A stretch of 64,000 nt of DNA from a virus. How positions within the stretch are numbered: position 1 is the first letter of the stretch; every line of letters begins with the position of its first letter. Both the position numbers and the translations under genes were made by a program. Where the stretch lies: positions 64,001 to 128,000 of IMG/VR virus record IMGVR_UViG_3300046167_000554. One strand, written 5' to 3'. The notes below the pieces were generated by a model. The model had not been told where the DNA came from. It ran no database searches and worked only from the letters and a program-made list of their open reading frames with translations. This document shows, one piece after another, positions 1-10,360 of this stretch.

Positions 1-582
1 AAACCCGTAGAACTCCAAGAAAGACAGAAGGAGTCCTTAGACTGGTTTAAATCAAACCTCAAGACAATCAAGTCATATGCAAAACCCGATAAGGTTTTAA
101 ACCAAGCTGGTGAAGACATCATACCTACAGAAATGATAGTAGGAGAGATGTACATGTTTATGTATGATGCAAAACACAAAGATACCCTTCCCTACTACGA
201 CAGATTCCCTTTAATCTTTATGTTAGAGAGTTACAACAATGGATTCTTAGGACTTAACTTACACTATCTACACCCTAGATTTAGAGTAGGACTACTAGAG
301 AACTTGTATGCATACTCTAATGATTTTGATGATGAGAGTGTTGCAGATGAGAACGTTAGACTAGGGTTAAGATATCAATCACTTGCAACTGCATCCAATC
401 TAAGAGTTGCAAAACCATGTGTCAAACAATATCTATTTGAACACTTGGACTCTAAGATAGTTAAAGTGAATCCAAGTCAGTGGGACTTTGTTCCTTTATT
501 ACCACTTTCTAAGTTTACAAGTGCAACAGGAAGTATAAATACTAACACAGTTTACAGGGAAACTAGAGAAAAAATCATATGA
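1..582 (+). CDS. gp2: DNA end protector protein (T4 gp2-like), 5' truncated by window
   Basis: MYMFMYDAKHKDTLPYYDRFPL and GFLGLNLHYL motifs; frame open from base 1. Confidence 0.85.
   Translation, partial: KPVELQERQKESLDWFKSNLKTIKSYAKPDKVLNQAGEDIIPTEMIVGEMYMFMYDAKHKDTLPYYDRFPLIFMLESYNNGFLGLNLHYLHPRFRVGLLENLYAYSNDFDDESVADENVRLGLRYQSLATASNLRVAKPCVKQYLFEHLDSKIVKVNPSQWDFVPLLPLSKFTSATGSINTNTVYRETREKII
534..541 (+). promoter_or_regulatory. T4-type late promoter TATAAATA
   Basis: Exact consensus 38 nt upstream of gp54. Confidence 0.6.
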
Positions 583-1328
583 GTATACTAGACAGATTGA
601 TTGGTCTTAAATCGGGAGATGAAAATCTTCAGATAGATAAATTAAAGTACAACTTTGACACGGGTGCAAGAGGAAACTATTTCATGGTTAACATCTTTGG
701 GGTGGGCCACAAGGTATTGCACTTGAAGGTTGGAGATGTGAAACTGTACAAATTCCTTCTAGAGAATTGGAGGGCAAGTCAGTGGTCTTCATACGGCCCT
801 GTTAGGAACATTCCAAACAATATAACAATGGATGGTCAAAGAGTTCCTATGACATTTTTATGTGACCAACACTTTGCAGATAAGTTTATATTAGATGCAT
901 GGCAGTCCTATATCTATACTGGAACTGGAACACATGAAGACCAAGGTAATTCATTGAGACCTACATTTAGATATCAACAAGACTATGTTGGTAGAGTAGA
1001 GATTATCTCTATGAGAAAGGATGGTGCAGATGCAATGAAGACAACACTTCATAATGCATACCCAATAACATTAGGTGCTATGACACATAACACTGGTGCA
1101 AGAGATGAGATAATGAAATTTGAAGTAACATTCTCATTTGAAACATTTGATACTGAGTATGTAAATGCACCTAAATTATCCTTACTAAATAAAGGTAGAA
1201 GAGTATTAGATGCACTTCTAGAAACTGATAAATTGCGTGGAAGGTTTGGAAATAAAGTCCGAAGTTTAGACGCGAGATTGAAAAAATACGATGATAGATT
1301 GACTAGAATTTCAAATATCTTCGGTTAA
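579..1328 (+). CDS. gp54: Baseplate tail tube initiator (gp54-like)
   Basis: Tube-fold motifs MTFLCD..WQ, LHNAYPITLG, FEVTFSF; the conserved-looking RCETVQIPSREL is in another frame at ~700-775 (two compensating indels). Confidence 0.7.
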   Translation: MSILDRLIGLKSGDENLQIDKLKYNFDTGARGNYFMVNIFGVGHKVLHLKVGDVKLYKFLLENWRASQWSSYGPVRNIPNNITMDGQRVPMTFLCDQHFADKFILDAWQSYIYTGTGTHEDQGNSLRPTFRYQQDYVGRVEIISMRKDGADAMKTTLHNAYPITLGAMTHNTGARDEIMKFEVTFSFETFDTEYVNAPKLSLLNKGRRVLDALLETDKLRGRFGNKVRSLDARLKKYDDRLTRISNIFG

Positions 1329-1343
1329 AATATGGAGTAAATT

Positions 1344-2045
1344 ATGGCATTACCGATACAATCGGCACCTACATTTTTTTGTGAGTTGCCCAGTGATGGT
1401 ACTGAAGTAAAATTTAGACCCTTCCTAGTGAAGGAACAAAGGAATCTTCTCCTAACTAAAGAAGACCCAAATCAAAAAGAGATTACAGAAAACATTATAA
1501 CTTTGTTGACTGCATGTACTTTTGAAAAATTGGATATATCAAAGTTATCTACTTTTGATGTTGAATACTTATTTCTACAAGTTAGGTCAAAGTCTGTTGG
1601 AGAAACAGTTAAACTGAATTTACCTTGTCAGAAAGATGATACACATCCTAAAGTTGAACTACCTATTAACCTTGCAGATGTTTCTGTAGATAAGAGTAAT
1701 ATGATTGACAATACAGTAATGATTAATGATGAAATTGGAATTGTTCTGAAATACCCAACTCTTATGGAGTCTATGAATATTTCAGAAAACGATGAATCAC
1801 AACTCTTGGATGTTATGAAAAAATGCATTGTTAGGATTTTTGATAATGAAGAAGTACATGAAATGATGGAGACACCCGATAGTGAAATAGAATCATTTCT
1901 AGACGGAATGACTATTGGTCAACTAGAAAAGGTTGGTGCATTCTTTACAGGAGCTCCTAATCTTTCACACACTGTAACTTACAAATGTCCTGAATGTGAA
2001 ACAGAACAGTCAATGACTATTAGGGGTCTAGAGAATTTTTTTTAA
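1344..2045 (+). CDS. gp26: Baseplate hub assembly protein gp26
   Basis: MALP..PT..ELPS, FRPFLVKE, FDVEYLFLQVRSKSVGE, CPEC, GLENFF. Confidence 0.88.
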   Translation: MALPIQSAPTFFCELPSDGTEVKFRPFLVKEQRNLLLTKEDPNQKEITENIITLLTACTFEKLDISKLSTFDVEYLFLQVRSKSVGETVKLNLPCQKDDTHPKVELPINLADVSVDKSNMIDNTVMINDEIGIVLKYPTLMESMNISENDESQLLDVMKKCIVRIFDNEEVHEMMETPDSEIESFLDGMTIGQLEKVGAFFTGAPNLSHTVTYKCPECETEQSMTIRGLENFF

Positions 2046-2065
2046 TAGCTCTTTCTCATGATAGC

Positions 2066-2224
2066 ATGATTAATTACTATCAAACCAACTTTCAACTCAT
2101 GCAACACCATAAATACACATTGAGTGACTTAGACGGAATGATACCTTGGGAAAGAGAGATATATTCGACATTACTTATGAACTACTTGAAAGAGGAGAAA
2201 GACCGACTGAGTCAAAAGAAATAA
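2066..2224 (+). CDS. gp51: Baseplate hub assembly catalyst gp51 (not in ORF track)
   Basis: Hand translation MINYYQTNFQLMQHHKYTLSDLDGMIPWEREIYSTLLMNYLKEEKDRLSQKK. Confidence 0.85.
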   Translation: MINYYQTNFQLMQHHKYTLSDLDGMIPWEREIYSTLLMNYLKEEKDRLSQKK

Positions 2225-2248
2225 CTAACTAAATTAGAGGACACACTA

Positions 2249-2629
2249 ATGAGCGATATAGATAAATTCTCGGGAGACATGAGTCGTAACGAGGTTGAAA
2301 TAGACTTGAAGAAGTTCATGGCCATGGTATCAGAGATTGGCGAACTTAAACAAGAAATTTTTGAATTGACAAACGAAGACAGAAAGAATCCATGGCAGAA
2401 ATGGATTTTCGCTGCAAAAACAATTGATGCATGGAGAATTATACCAAGAGCATTCTTAGGTATATACATGTATCTTCTTTACTACGCAACATTTTGGTTC
2501 ATGGACTTAGCAGACCCAACACTAGAACAATCAGGTTTGATATCTGTATTAGTCGGTGCTGGTGCGGCATGGTTTGGACTATACACTTCAAGTGCAGCTA
2601 AAGAACATGGGGACACTAACCCTAACTAG
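2249..2629 (+). CDS. Small two-TM membrane protein (holin-like candidate)
   Basis: GAGGA RBS; N-terminal coiled coil then two hydrophobic helices. Confidence 0.5.
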   Translation: MSDIDKFSGDMSRNEVEIDLKKFMAMVSEIGELKQEIFELTNEDRKNPWQKWIFAAKTIDAWRIIPRAFLGIYMYLLYYATFWFMDLADPTLEQSGLISVLVGAGAAWFGLYTSSAAKEHGDTNPN

Positions 2630-2639
2630 GATTTAACAG

Positions 2640-4607
2640 ATGGCAGACGACCCACAAATACAAGGATTAGCTAAGACAATTTCAAGATTGTTGCTTGTTA
2701 ATGAAGCACAATTTGATGAACAACGTGCAGAGTTAAAGGAAGCTAAGAAACAGACTACCCAATTAGAAAGAACTGCTAACAAGATAAGTCAATCTAATGA
2801 AAAACAAATAAAGGAATTAGAAAAGAAACTTAAAGATGCTGAGGCTGCCAAAGCAGAAACAGTTATGCAAAAAATCCAAAAAGCATTTGGATTAGGTGGA
2901 CTAGGTGTCGATGAAGCAATCACCAAAAGTGGTAATCGTATTAAGAAGGGTGAACTAGGATTTGAAGCTGCATTAAATGCTTACAATAAAAGGATTCAAG
3001 ATGCATCAGATGACAGTGCAAAGGCGTACTCAAAGGTGGGTGAAGATTTAGCAAAGTCTAACAAAGAAGTTGCAGAAGGTTTTAAAACTGCATTTAGTAA
3101 TGTTGGAGATGACTTTAGTGAACTTTTTGGAAGTGCAATGGGGAGTCAGTTAAAAGATGCTGGTAAGAAAGTAAAGGCACTTATTAACATCCCATTTAAA
3201 CTGGTAAAAGGGATATTCCCATCATTCAAAGTACTTGGTGGTGTACTAAAAAATACTGGTCTTAGACTTAAGAAATTTGGGATGGGTTTAAAAAACATGT
3301 TCACTGGTGGTATACTAGGAAAACTAAAAATAGCACTCTTTGTTGGTGCTGGTATTTTAGGTTTTATTGCTATTAGAAAATTCATTAAGAGTGGTTTTAT
3401 GGAAGGTATCAAACTTATGATACATGCATTTGTACAAGGTTTTGATAGATTAAGAATTGCATTCCTTGAAGCTTTTGGTAAACAAGGTAAAGCAGATGAA
3501 ATTAGAAAGAAGACTATTGCACGAGAAATAGACGAACAAAAAAGATTAGGAAATATTAGTGAAGATGCAACAGGCAAGGATTTATATACTCAAGCTCTAG
3601 CTAATAATGAAGTAAGAGACTATATGGGTAATGATGAGACCTTCAATATGAGCTCAGATTTTGTCGGTAAGGAAGCTGGTCTTTCTGAAGAGGCTGTAGG
3701 GGGTATCAGAACTAATGCATCCGAAGGTGCATTAGATATCTATGGGACATTAAAGGGAAGAGAGGCAGCTGTAGATTACGATAGTCGAGAAATGACTTTC
3801 ATCCAAAAGGCAGATTTTGCCACAGGATTACAAGAACAGTATAATGTTAAGATAGGTTACTTAAATGCAGAGGGTAAACCAACTACTGCAGAAGAACTAG
3901 CAGCTGATTTAAATATGAATCTTGCAGAAGTAGTTACATTTGTCCAAGCAAATGACGATTTAACGATGGGTGATAATAATAAAATTTATAAGAAGGGAGA
4001 CTTTTTAATTAAAAAACAAGAAGATGGTAACTTTGCATTCCAAGGGGAAGCAGGATTTTTAAACTCTATGTATGAGAACACTGCAAGTTTTTTTGGTTCA
4101 GATAGTGACCAAACAGAAAGAATACCAATTGTTGGAGCTCCCGATGTTAAATCAACTATAGATACACAATATAGTCTATTAGATGAAGAACAACAAGAAC
4201 AATTAAGAAACACTATATCTCCACAAGGTGTTTCAGATACTGCTAGGTATGAAAAACTAAGAAGAAATGACCCCGAGTTCCTTGAAGCAGTTAAGGAAGA
4301 ATATGGTATAAACGCACACTTCTTGAGGAAGGATGCTAATGTAGACCAATTTGGAATGGTTGGTGATGTTCCTGTTACAAAATTGTTAATGTTAAACGAA
4401 CAATATTTAAGGGAGATGAAACTCTATAGAACACAGTTAGATGATTTCATGTCTCAAGGACAAGTTAAAGATTATGGTAATAGTAATATTAATACCATCA
4501 TGAATCAAGGTGGAAACGTTACTAATATTAGTTCAGGCACCCCAACTGCACAAGATGTAAACAATTTTTTCATGCCAACTCATGATAATGGTGTACCTAA
4601 GTATTAA
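2640..4607 (+). CDS. Tail length/tape-measure-like hub protein (gp29-like)
   Basis: 655 aa helical, central hydrophobic Gly/Lys-rich segment, position after gp26/51. Confidence 0.55.
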   Translation: MADDPQIQGLAKTISRLLLVNEAQFDEQRAELKEAKKQTTQLERTANKISQSNEKQIKELEKKLKDAEAAKAETVMQKIQKAFGLGGLGVDEAITKSGNRIKKGELGFEAALNAYNKRIQDASDDSAKAYSKVGEDLAKSNKEVAEGFKTAFSNVGDDFSELFGSAMGSQLKDAGKKVKALINIPFKLVKGIFPSFKVLGGVLKNTGLRLKKFGMGLKNMFTGGILGKLKIALFVGAGILGFIAIRKFIKSGFMEGIKLMIHAFVQGFDRLRIAFLEAFGKQGKADEIRKKTIAREIDEQKRLGNISEDATGKDLYTQALANNEVRDYMGNDETFNMSSDFVGKEAGLSEEAVGGIRTNASEGALDIYGTLKGREAAVDYDSREMTFIQKADFATGLQEQYNVKIGYLNAEGKPTTAEELAADLNMNLAEVVTFVQANDDLTMGDNNKIYKKGDFLIKKQEDGNFAFQGEAGFLNSMYENTASFFGSDSDQTERIPIVGAPDVKSTIDTQYSLLDEEQQEQLRNTISPQGVSDTARYEKLRRNDPEFLEAVKEEYGINAHFLRKDANVDQFGMVGDVPVTKLLMLNEQYLREMKLYRTQLDDFMSQGQVKDYGNSNINTIMNQGGNVTNISSGTPTAQDVNNFFMPTHDNGVPKY

Positions 4608-5229
4608 ACTGATAATCTAGTACAGACTCTTCTGTAAACTCAATCTCTTTTATCGTCTTCATAACTCTTTCACTGTTTGTATACATGTCAGGTCTATCCT
4701 CTTGAACATGCATCTCAATCATGTTAGGTGTCTCAACTGCAAACAAATCATTCCCACTTTTAGAATACAACTCTAACCAAGTATCAAAGTCTATTGATTC
4801 ATTACGAAAGGTTGACACATCCCATAACACAAACTCTTGGTCTAACTTATTCAAGTGTATAAGTGCATGAACTCTATGGGTGCCTGGATGCACAATCCAC
4901 TTATCATCTTTCATGTAAGCTTGTGGAGTTGAGTACAACCCCTTAGTTCTAATCTCATTGATTAACCATATGAGTTTAGTTGCATGAAAGTTCTGATTGT
5001 ATTCATGAATATCCATCTTCTCTTTGAAGTTCTTTGCAACAACTGGTTCTAAGTCTTTGTGTTTCAGTAGATGTTTTGCATATGTGATATGTGCATCAGG
5101 TTTACGTTCCCATTTATTTTCAAGTGCTTCACCTAGTGTTACTAACTTAGGTCTAACATGAAACTCGTCAAAGATGACTCTGAGTTCATCTATATCCTTT
5201 TGAGTGTGTAAGTGTTTAATTATTTCCAT
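4597..5229 (-). CDS. Hypothetical, ParB/Srx-like motif (HPGTHR); paralog of N-domain of 40903 ORF
   Basis: LINEIRTKGL..P..IVHPGTHRVHAL. Confidence 0.55.
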   Translation of the reverse strand: MEIIKHLHTQKDIDELRVIFDEFHVRPKLVTLGEALENKWERKPDAHITYAKHLLKHKDLEPVVAKNFKEKMDIHEYNQNFHATKLIWLINEIRTKGLYSTPQAYMKDDKWIVHPGTHRVHALIHLNKLDQEFVLWDVSTFRNESIDFDTWLELYSKSGNDLFAVETPNMIEMHVQEDRPDMYTNSERVMKTIKEIEFTEESVLDYQFNT

Positions 5230-5956
5230 TTAAGTATTCCTCTACTAACTTTATATCTTTGGGGGAGTCTACTGATAGACCCACATCATCTACATGCACC
5301 ATCTGAACATCATAACCATTCTCTAAGTATCTCAACATCTCTACACTCTCAGATTTCTCTAAACTCTGCATAGGTAGTTCTCTGAATAGTTTAAGTCGTT
5401 CTTTAGAGAATGCATAGAGTCCTAGTTGTTGATAAACGTTTCCATTCTCATGTCGTGGAAAGGGTATACCGAGACGTGAGTAATACATTGCACAATGATA
5501 TGAATTGAACACTACCTTCACTATATCATTATCCATAACCTTGTAGGGTTCGGTAATCTTGACATATGCATTTACAGTTCCGATATTAGGATTGAAGTAT
5601 TCAATCATTCTATCAATTGCATCAGGGTCAATCAGGGGTTCGTCACCTTGGATGTTAACGTATATGTCTGCATCAAGTGTATCAAGTGTAAGTGCAATTC
5701 GGTCAGTCCCCGTTTCTACATCGTCATCTACCCTGATTACATTCAGGTCATTGTCATTACAGTAGTTCTCAATTCGGTCATCATCCGTAACCACGTAGAC
5801 TTCGTCTAGTTTCTTCGACAACGATGCTCGGTCATAGACACGTTGTATCATTGGTTGGCCACTAATCATTGCAAGGGGTTTACCCTCGAATCTAGTTGAA
5901 CCCCAACGGGAAGGTATTAGACCGACTGTATTGATTTTGCTCTGTTCCAACAACAT
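5216..5956 (-). CDS. kdsB: 3-deoxy-manno-octulosonate cytidylyltransferase (CMP-Kdo synthetase)
   Basis: IPSRWGSTRFEGKPLA, TGTDR, VNIQGDEPLI, YYSR..IP, LEKSESVEMLRYLENG, SVDSPKD. Confidence 0.9.
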   Translation of the reverse strand: MLLEQSKINTVGLIPSRWGSTRFEGKPLAMISGQPMIQRVYDRASLSKKLDEVYVVTDDDRIENYCNDNDLNVIRVDDDVETGTDRIALTLDTLDADIYVNIQGDEPLIDPDAIDRMIEYFNPNIGTVNAYVKITEPYKVMDNDIVKVVFNSYHCAMYYSRLGIPFPRHENGNVYQQLGLYAFSKERLKLFRELPMQSLEKSESVEMLRYLENGYDVQMVHVDDVGLSVDSPKDIKLVEEYLNGNN

Positions 5957-6498
5957 TCTATTTCACCATATCCATATTCTGCAAATATAAAGTCCACACC
6001 TGATGCATCTGCACATTCTTTGTCTACTATCATGTCACCAACATAGACTGCATCACATGGACTTGTATTACAATGTGCAAGAGTATATAGTAGTTGGTCA
6101 GGTGAGGGTTTACCTCTTAGACCTTCAGTGGGACAACAGATAAAATCAAACTCAACATCTAGTTTAGATAGAATGTCATGTGTTCTATCTTTATGTTTGG
6201 ATGTAACGACTGCAATCTTTTTACCTTGGGACTTAAGGTACTTTAAGTGTTGTTCCACACCATCATAGAACTTAATCAAGTCACTGTTTTCTTGAGAGTG
6301 GTAATTGTATTCCACCATTAGTTGGTCTTGGTCAGTAAGTATACCCATCTCAGTTAAGATATCTTTAAAGGGTTTACCGATAAGTTTAAAGTATTCCTCA
6401 AAGGGTCTACCAGTGTTAAGGGAGTTGAATGACTTCTCCATGTTCTCTTCTGAGTCAATCAAGACTCCATCTAAATCAAATACATATAATGTTTTCAT
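5917..6498 (-). CDS. HAD-superfamily phosphatase
   Basis: FDLDGVLIDS, VVTSK, KPSPD, YVGD motifs. Confidence 0.88.
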   Translation of the reverse strand: MKTLYVFDLDGVLIDSEENMEKSFNSLNTGRPFEEYFKLIGKPFKDILTEMGILTDQDQLMVEYNYHSQENSDLIKFYDGVEQHLKYLKSQGKKIAVVTSKHKDRTHDILSKLDVEFDFICCPTEGLRGKPSPDQLLYTLAHCNTSPCDAVYVGDMIVDKECADASGVDFIFAEYGYGEIECCWNRAKSIQSV

Positions 6499-6956
6499 TT
6501 CTTTTTTCCTTTCTTAGGTACTAAGTGGTCTTCAGTTAATATTCGGAACCCATACTTTCTATCGTTACAGTATTCATTTGCAGCTGCAAACTTTGCTTGA
6601 TTGACAACGTAGGTTGCAACTTCGTTGAGGTAACGTTTGGTTTGTCGTTTAGGTTCCTTCGGGGGTTTGAGTTGTTTCTTGGGTTTAACCTCTATAATCT
6701 CACGGACTATTTGTCCCTTTGTGGTTACATACTTTATAAAGAAGTCAGGAAAGTATCTATGTACTCTTTTATCAACAGGTGATATGTAAGGAATTACAAT
6801 TTCTTCACTTCCCCATTCGATAATTGCAGTGTTGTTATCACAATACATCATGAATCTTCGTTCCCAAAGAGAACGATAATAGATTTTTGTAGGGTCTCCT
6901 CTATATTTTTTGTAGTTCTTTGGTTTAAACTTCCCACTGTATGACATAAATAACAA
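6495..6956 (-). CDS. gp4: Head completion nuclease gp4
   Basis: YSGKFKP.N..KY.GDP..I.YRSLWER, WGSEE, HRYFPDF, EVKP. Confidence 0.92.
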   Translation of the reverse strand: MLFMSYSGKFKPKNYKKYRGDPTKIYYRSLWERRFMMYCDNNTAIIEWGSEEIVIPYISPVDKRVHRYFPDFFIKYVTTKGQIVREIIEVKPKKQLKPPKEPKRQTKRYLNEVATYVVNQAKFAAANEYCNDRKYGFRILTEDHLVPKKGKKK

Positions 6957-6977
6957 TACTATATTAACGAATATAAC

Positions 6978-6985
6978 TATTTATA
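6978..6985 (-). promoter_or_regulatory. Late promoter driving gp4-HAD-kdsB operon
   Basis: TATTTATA on + strand = TATAAATA on - strand. Confidence 0.7.
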
Positions 6986-6997
6986 CAGGACAAATGC

Positions 6998-8209
6998 ATG
7001 GCATCTCTAGACAAACTACTAGGTAAAATTGAAAAAGCTCAGTCAGCAATCAAATCTTTCAAAGGAACAGTATCAAAATTCAAGAATCTAAACTTCAATT
7101 CATTGGTTGATGAACTTGCAGAACAGAAAGGTCTTGCAAATAGTATACTAGATGCACGAAGAAGTTCTCTGCAAAGACAGTTGTCTGCAAAGAACACATC
7201 CAAACGTGCATGTAAAGGTCTACCTGATGAGAACACTAAGGATTTTATGTATCCACAAGACTTGGATTTTCATGAAAATTATATAACCTTTAGGTCTAGA
7301 CCTAGACAATTGCAATCTTTGAGTGATGGTACAACAGAAAGTCAAAGTGGTATACTAGGTAGAAGTGCAGAATTTGAAGTACATCTATACATTCCCGACA
7401 CACTTCTATCCCAAGCAAATGTTCAATATAAACAAGAAAGTATGGGTGGTATTAATAGAGTTGTAACTGATTTAATTACAGACCCAGGCTCATTAGGTGG
7501 TACTGGAACTAAGGAAGCACTAGCAAATACGGCACTCAGTACTGCAGTGAAGTTTGCATCTACCCTAAGTGGGGGTGGAGTTGAAGCAAGAGCTGGTATT
7601 GCAATAAATCCTATGAAGGAAATGATGTTTGAGGGTATAGGATTCCGTTCATGGAACTTTACATATGAATTTTACCCTAGAAGTAATTGGGAAGCAGCAG
7701 AAATAAACCATATCATTTATGCATTTAGAACTGCTATGTTACCCGACACATTTAATTTTGACTTGTTTGAGGGTGGTAATTCAAGTGCTCAAATGTTCCA
7801 AGACCAGTTCTTTAACTACCCCAATATATTTGATATAAGTTTTAACGGCCCGATTAAAGATAGAGTGGATGGGTTTCTTCCAGCAGTTTGCACTAAGTGT
7901 GATGTTGACCATACAGGTGGTCAGAAGTTCTCAGTATATGAAGATGGTCAACCTGTTAAATCTACCATGACATTAGAGTTTATGGAAATAAGGTTAATGA
8001 CACAAAATAATTATCAAACTCTTTCTCCCGTATCTAATAAGGGTGGTCTTCTTAAACTCAAAGAAGGGGGTTCTATAATAGAAGGAGACCGAATGACTCT
8101 TGGTGATTTGAAGAATAATTATACAGAACTGGGTACAAGTCTTAAGAAAAATATCGGTGGATTTTTAGGTGACAAAAATATGTCAGGCGAAAATGATGGG
8201 GGTGATTAA
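6998..8209 (+). CDS. gp48: Baseplate tail tube cap gp48
   Basis: INPMKEMMFEGIGFRSWNFTYEFYPRS..EA, YPNIFDI, MTLEFMEI. Confidence 0.85.
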   Translation: MASLDKLLGKIEKAQSAIKSFKGTVSKFKNLNFNSLVDELAEQKGLANSILDARRSSLQRQLSAKNTSKRACKGLPDENTKDFMYPQDLDFHENYITFRSRPRQLQSLSDGTTESQSGILGRSAEFEVHLYIPDTLLSQANVQYKQESMGGINRVVTDLITDPGSLGGTGTKEALANTALSTAVKFASTLSGGGVEARAGIAINPMKEMMFEGIGFRSWNFTYEFYPRSNWEAAEINHIIYAFRTAMLPDTFNFDLFEGGNSSAQMFQDQFFNYPNIFDISFNGPIKDRVDGFLPAVCTKCDVDHTGGQKFSVYEDGQPVKSTMTLEFMEIRLMTQNNYQTLSPVSNKGGLLKLKEGGSIIEGDRMTLGDLKNNYTELGTSLKKNIGGFLGDKNMSGENDGGD

Positions 8210-8218
8210 TCATGGCAA

Positions 8219-8923
8219 ATGAACTTTTTCAAGAACTTCCCCAATGTTGAGTATACACTTAATGATGGTAAGGTAATATCAATCAAAGACTTTTTCCGAA
8301 AGTCTAAAATAGAAACAGAAGCACTCGACAGTTTAGTTTCATACACTTACTATGAAATACAAGATGGTGAAAGACCCGATGTAGTTGCAACTAAACTATA
8401 TGGTAATGGTGACTTGCATTGGACATTGTTCCTTGCAAACGAATTTACTAACTACAATGATTGGCATAAAGACAACCAAACCTTTGAGACATACATGAGT
8501 GAAAAGTATGAAGGTCAGTACCTAGTCGGAAATGAAACAACAGATATTATAACATCAACCAATAAGTTTTTACTAGGAGAGAAGATAACTTCAACAGGTA
8601 AAGAAGCACACGTAGTTAAGGTCGACCCAACTATGAAACGTATTGGTGTTATAGGAAATCAGTTTGATGGTAATGATGTGGTAACAGGAAGTGTTAGTGG
8701 TAAGTCAATGACTGTACTTAATGCAATAGAACAGAGAGATGGTATTGCATATTATAAAGACCTCAATGGAGTTAGAAAGAACTTCTTTGAGAATGGGTTC
8801 TCTTCTGTATCTTTCTTTGATGAAGAATGGGAAACAAACGAAGCAAAAAGAAGAATAAAAGTGATACGTCCCGAATTGATTTCTGCAGTAGTTAATCAGT
8901 TTGAACGTATTATGTCAGTATAA
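8219..8923 (+). CDS. gp53: Baseplate wedge subunit gp53 (true start possibly 8212)
   Basis: FFKNFP.VEY, YEIQDGERPDVVATKLYG..LHW, NEAKRRIKVIRP. Confidence 0.88.
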   Translation: MNFFKNFPNVEYTLNDGKVISIKDFFRKSKIETEALDSLVSYTYYEIQDGERPDVVATKLYGNGDLHWTLFLANEFTNYNDWHKDNQTFETYMSEKYEGQYLVGNETTDIITSTNKFLLGEKITSTGKEAHVVKVDPTMKRIGVIGNQFDGNDVVTGSVSGKSMTVLNAIEQRDGIAYYKDLNGVRKNFFENGFSSVSFFDEEWETNEAKRRIKVIRPELISAVVNQFERIMSV

Positions 8924-8926
8924 ACT

Positions 8927-10360
8927 ATGAGTAGTAATCATAAAGCAGGTGAATTTTTCATTGAGGCAATATCAATTGTTACTCAAGCAGGTGATGTAGT
9001 TGATATAACAAAAATTGTAGTAATTTTAGAATGTATGAAAGTATATACGAAAATGTTTACAACTGCAGACATCATGGTTTTGGATGGAGTCAACTTACTT
9101 AAGAATTATGAGATTGTAGGACAGGAAAATGTAAGAATATCTGTAAGACAGAAAGAAGGTTTGGAAGATAAGTCTGATAACTCTCAATCTATAGATAGAA
9201 CATTTAGAATTACAAAGATTCATAACATTCAACGTATAAACGAAACCACACAAGCCTATCAACTTTTATGTCAAGACCCTAGGATGATACAAGTACAGAA
9301 GGAAAGAATTTCTCAATGTCTCTATGGTTCTTACAGTGCAATGATATTAGGGTATCCTAACTAACAGTATTAAATTAAGAAAGAAGAGACCGAGGCATGG
9401 GTAGACACAATGCCTGCAAACAACCAATTCTAGCACCCGACATGACTGTTTATAATTGCATTAAACATATGGTTAGTAATGCAAATACTTCTCTAGATGC
9501 ACCATGGAGAAACTCATGTTTCTTTTATCAAACACTCAATGGTGGTTTTAGATTCCATGATATTGCAGAAATGTATCAAAGAGAACATCCAGTTGTTTTC
9601 ACTAGAACTCCTAAGAATGTAGATAAAGAGAATTATGATATAAACATAAACTCTCCACGAGGATTGAATACACAAATACTAGACATTCATAGACCACAAG
9701 CTTTCGATGCATTAACAGGTGTTACAAGTGGTATGTATGCGTCTACACTTAGAGTGTGGAATCCAATAACACAAAGAGTAGAAGAACACATTTACAATAT
9801 GAAAGATGCATTCAACAGGGATGGTCATATGCATAAACCTTCTGCACATATAGATGTCCAAGAAATTACTGCAACACCTGATGATGCAATAACAACATCA
9901 GACCAAAAGTATTCACAAACAGATATTCAACCTGCGGTGAATGAATCATTTGATTCTAAGATTGTTAATGTCGACACCATGGTTCATTCGTATGGTAATG
10001 CAACAACACTAGATGCACCACAACCTTTCTTAGGTGAAACATATGATGACAATGGTGTACTAGAAAGAAATGCATTGATGCATTTACTTCATCAAAATAT
10101 GTATACAGTAGTAGTTCCATTTAGAACAGACCTAACTGTAGGGACAAGTCGTTAAACTTATGATACCTGAACCTGAAACAGATAAACCTGAAGGTACAGT
10201 AGATAAGAAGAATGATAATCGATACTTAATAACTGAAATAAAACTTATGGGTAAACCAGCAGACAACCAAGGGACTTTAACAATGACTTGTGTTAGAGAA
10301 GGTATATCAAAAGAATTAGAACCGAGTGTAAGCAAAATGAGTCAACAAATACACCCGAGG
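8927..10360 (+). CDS. Baseplate hub protein (gp27-like), split into three frames by indels
   Basis: Fragments 8927-9364, 9397-10155, 10160-~10360 between gp53 and gp5; FFYQTLNGGFRF, LTVG, RYLITEI. Confidence 0.55.
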
